Source: a virus (taxonomy: Duplodnaviria > Caudoviricetes). From it: a stretch of DNA of 25,121 nucleotides. The stretch is from positions 1 through 25,121 of the IMG/VR virus record IMGVR_UViG_3300037467_000957, one strand, 5' to 3'. The notes beneath the pieces were generated by a model. The model saw only the letters and a list, made by a program, of their open reading frames with translations, did no database searches and was not told where the DNA came from. The translations under genes and the position numbers were made by a program. Below are positions 24,149 to 25,121 of the stretch, in pieces; the stretch's first letter is position 1, and the number at the start of each line of letters is the position of its first letter.

Positions 24149-24682
24149 TCACCTCCTTTCACCGTAAGCACCTCTACCATCGAGGTCGTTGCTGAACCAG
24201 CCTGGTGGCACGCCATTGGTGCCGAGCCAGCCGTGGTAGCCGGGGACCAGGATGGACGGGTGCACGCGCAGCTTGGGGGCATCGCCCTGCACCACCCAAC
24301 CGTCGCCATTGCTGGATTTGGCGTCCACGATCCACTCCACCCCGTTGGGGCATATCACACAGAGCGGGGGCCGCTTGTCGGACCAGTCCTGCCAGTAATA
24401 GCGGCTGAGGTGCCCGGGAGACTGGCCCTCCAGCATCTTCTGCAACGCCGCCTCACGGCGGTACATGCAGCCCGGGTCCGTGGGGGAGTAGTACCACGGC
24501 ATGTACCACATCACCCCGTAGCCGACGATCTCGTGCATGCTGGCCCAGCCGTAAGTGGCCTTGTTAGCGGCCTTCCAGGCGTCGTCGGTAGTGCGCGAGC
24601 GCGCCAGCTTGATGCGCTCCTCAGTGGCCTTCTTGAAGTCGTCGTCTTTGATCAATTTGCATTCCAGCATGGCGTCCCCCAT
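24149..24682 (-). CDS. Hypothetical protein with DUF6527-like C-terminal domain
   Basis: C-terminal CVICPNG...W...GDAPKLRVHPSILVPGYHGWL resembles the CP..W..PT..PSI..HG pattern of DUF6527. Alternative start at 24670. Confidence 0.55.
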   Translation of the reverse strand: MGDAMLECKLIKDDDFKKATEERIKLARSRTTDDAWKAANKATYGWASMHEIVGYGVMWYMPWYYSPTDPGCMYRREAALQKMLEGQSPGHLSRYYWQDWSDKRPPLCVICPNGVEWIVDAKSSNGDGWVVQGDAPKLRVHPSILVPGYHGWLGTNGVPPGWFSNDLDGRGAYGERR

Positions 24683-24694
24683 AGCAAAACGGGG

Positions 24695-24985
24695 CTAATC
24701 AAATGACAATTTGATGCGTAGATAAGGCAACATCGCCTTATGCGCGCCCAGCGCCCGATTATCCTTTATACGCCAACGCCATTGCTGCTTTCGCCCAGGC
24801 ACTAATGCGGTCTTGTATACCGACCCACCGAACGTAGCCGCGAGTAATTCGATAACCTGCTTGTCTGTCATTTTAACTTCCATCACCGGACGTAGTTTTT
24901 TGCGCCCTTGACCTCTGGAGTACATGCCCAGGTGCCCTTCGCCATCTAAAATGCCTGCTAGATACGCCATTAGGGTTGGTTCCAT
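24695..24985 (-). CDS. Single-motif LAGLIDADG homing endonuclease-like protein (96 aa)
   Basis: AYLAGILDGEG motif, V.MTD..VIE.L...FGG, WRWRI and LPYLRIK; lower GC. Confidence 0.85.
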   Translation of the reverse strand: MEPTLMAYLAGILDGEGHLGMYSRGQGRKKLRPVMEVKMTDKQVIELLAATFGGSVYKTALVPGRKQQWRWRIKDNRALGAHKAMLPYLRIKLSFD

Positions 24986-24999
24986 AACTAGTCACCCGC

Positions 25000-25036
25000 A
25001 TAAACAAAACGGGGAGGGCCTCAAAGCCCTCCCCGT
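25000..25036 (-). terminator. Rho-independent terminator after the tail tube gene
   Basis: 11-bp stem ACGGGGAGGGC/GCCCTCCCCGT (25009-25019 / 25026-25036) with a 6-nt loop, followed on the minus strand by TTTGTTTAT. Confidence 0.85.
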
Positions 25037-25067
25037 CTCGTCGCCCCTCGCGCCGCCCCCAAGCTTT

Positions 25068-25121
25068 TTAGCACATAAAAAAGCACATCTCGTCGTCAGC
25101 CTGGTAGGCCGAGAACTTCAT
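25068..25121 (-). CDS. C-terminus of probable major tail tube protein (partial)
   Basis: ...MKFSAYQADDEMCFFMC* resembles the DDE-hydrophobic-strand ending of tail tube proteins. Followed by a terminator and upstream of chaperones and tape measure. Confidence 0.55.
   Translation of the reverse strand: MKFSAYQADDEMCFFMC

Larger units (their letters stand above)
1..25121 (-). mobile_element. Tailed phage/prophage segment: tail morphogenesis and lysis modules (siphovirus-like, GTA-type baseplate)
   Basis: Co-oriented, often translationally coupled genes in canonical order: tube, chaperone G/GT, tape measure, Dit, hub, NlpC/P60, tip, fibres, lysin, spanins. No host housekeeping genes seen. Confidence 0.95.

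Noticed and set aside
25-24706. Numerous long plus-strand ORFs (e.g. 25..645, 2305..3450, 7724..8929, 21967..22722)
   Set aside because: Antisense shadows of GC3-biased minus-strand genes; no recognisable motifs and largely overlapping real genes.
1-25121. Alternative genetic code or a cellular GTA cluster
   Set aside because: TAA, TAG and TGA all end genes with tight coupling. The 1654-aa tape measure, homing endonucleases, spanins and accessory genes indicate a true phage rather than a GTA.

Overview
The whole window is part of a tailed dsDNA phage or prophage with a siphovirus-type tail. Its GTA-like baseplate genes and the near absence of GANTC point to an alphaproteobacterial host. All credible genes lie on the minus strand. 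In transcription order they are: the end of a probable major tail tube gene and a terminator; four inserted accessory genes (mini LAGLIDADG, DUF6527-like, two hypotheticals); tail assembly chaperones G/GT joined by an in-frame -1 slippery site; a tape measure protein with a transglycosylase-like domain; DUF2460 distal tail; a DUF2163 hub with a large insertion; NlpC/P60; a GTA-gp15-like tip protein; two tandem HNH endonucleases; a repeat-rich tail fibre; a small repeat protein; a G8/beta-helix tailspike; a lysis cassette (membrane-anchored GH24 endolysin, i-/o-spanins, XhlA-like holin candidate); and a new operon with two HTH paralogs, a Cys-rich mini-protein and a probable AAA ATPase cut off at the window edge. 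The most striking unexplained signal is an AT-cored perfect palindrome, TGCAATTAATTGCA(C), found five times in this GC-rich DNA, four times at gene junctions and once inside a coding frame. All family assignments come from motif recognition by eye, not from database searches.
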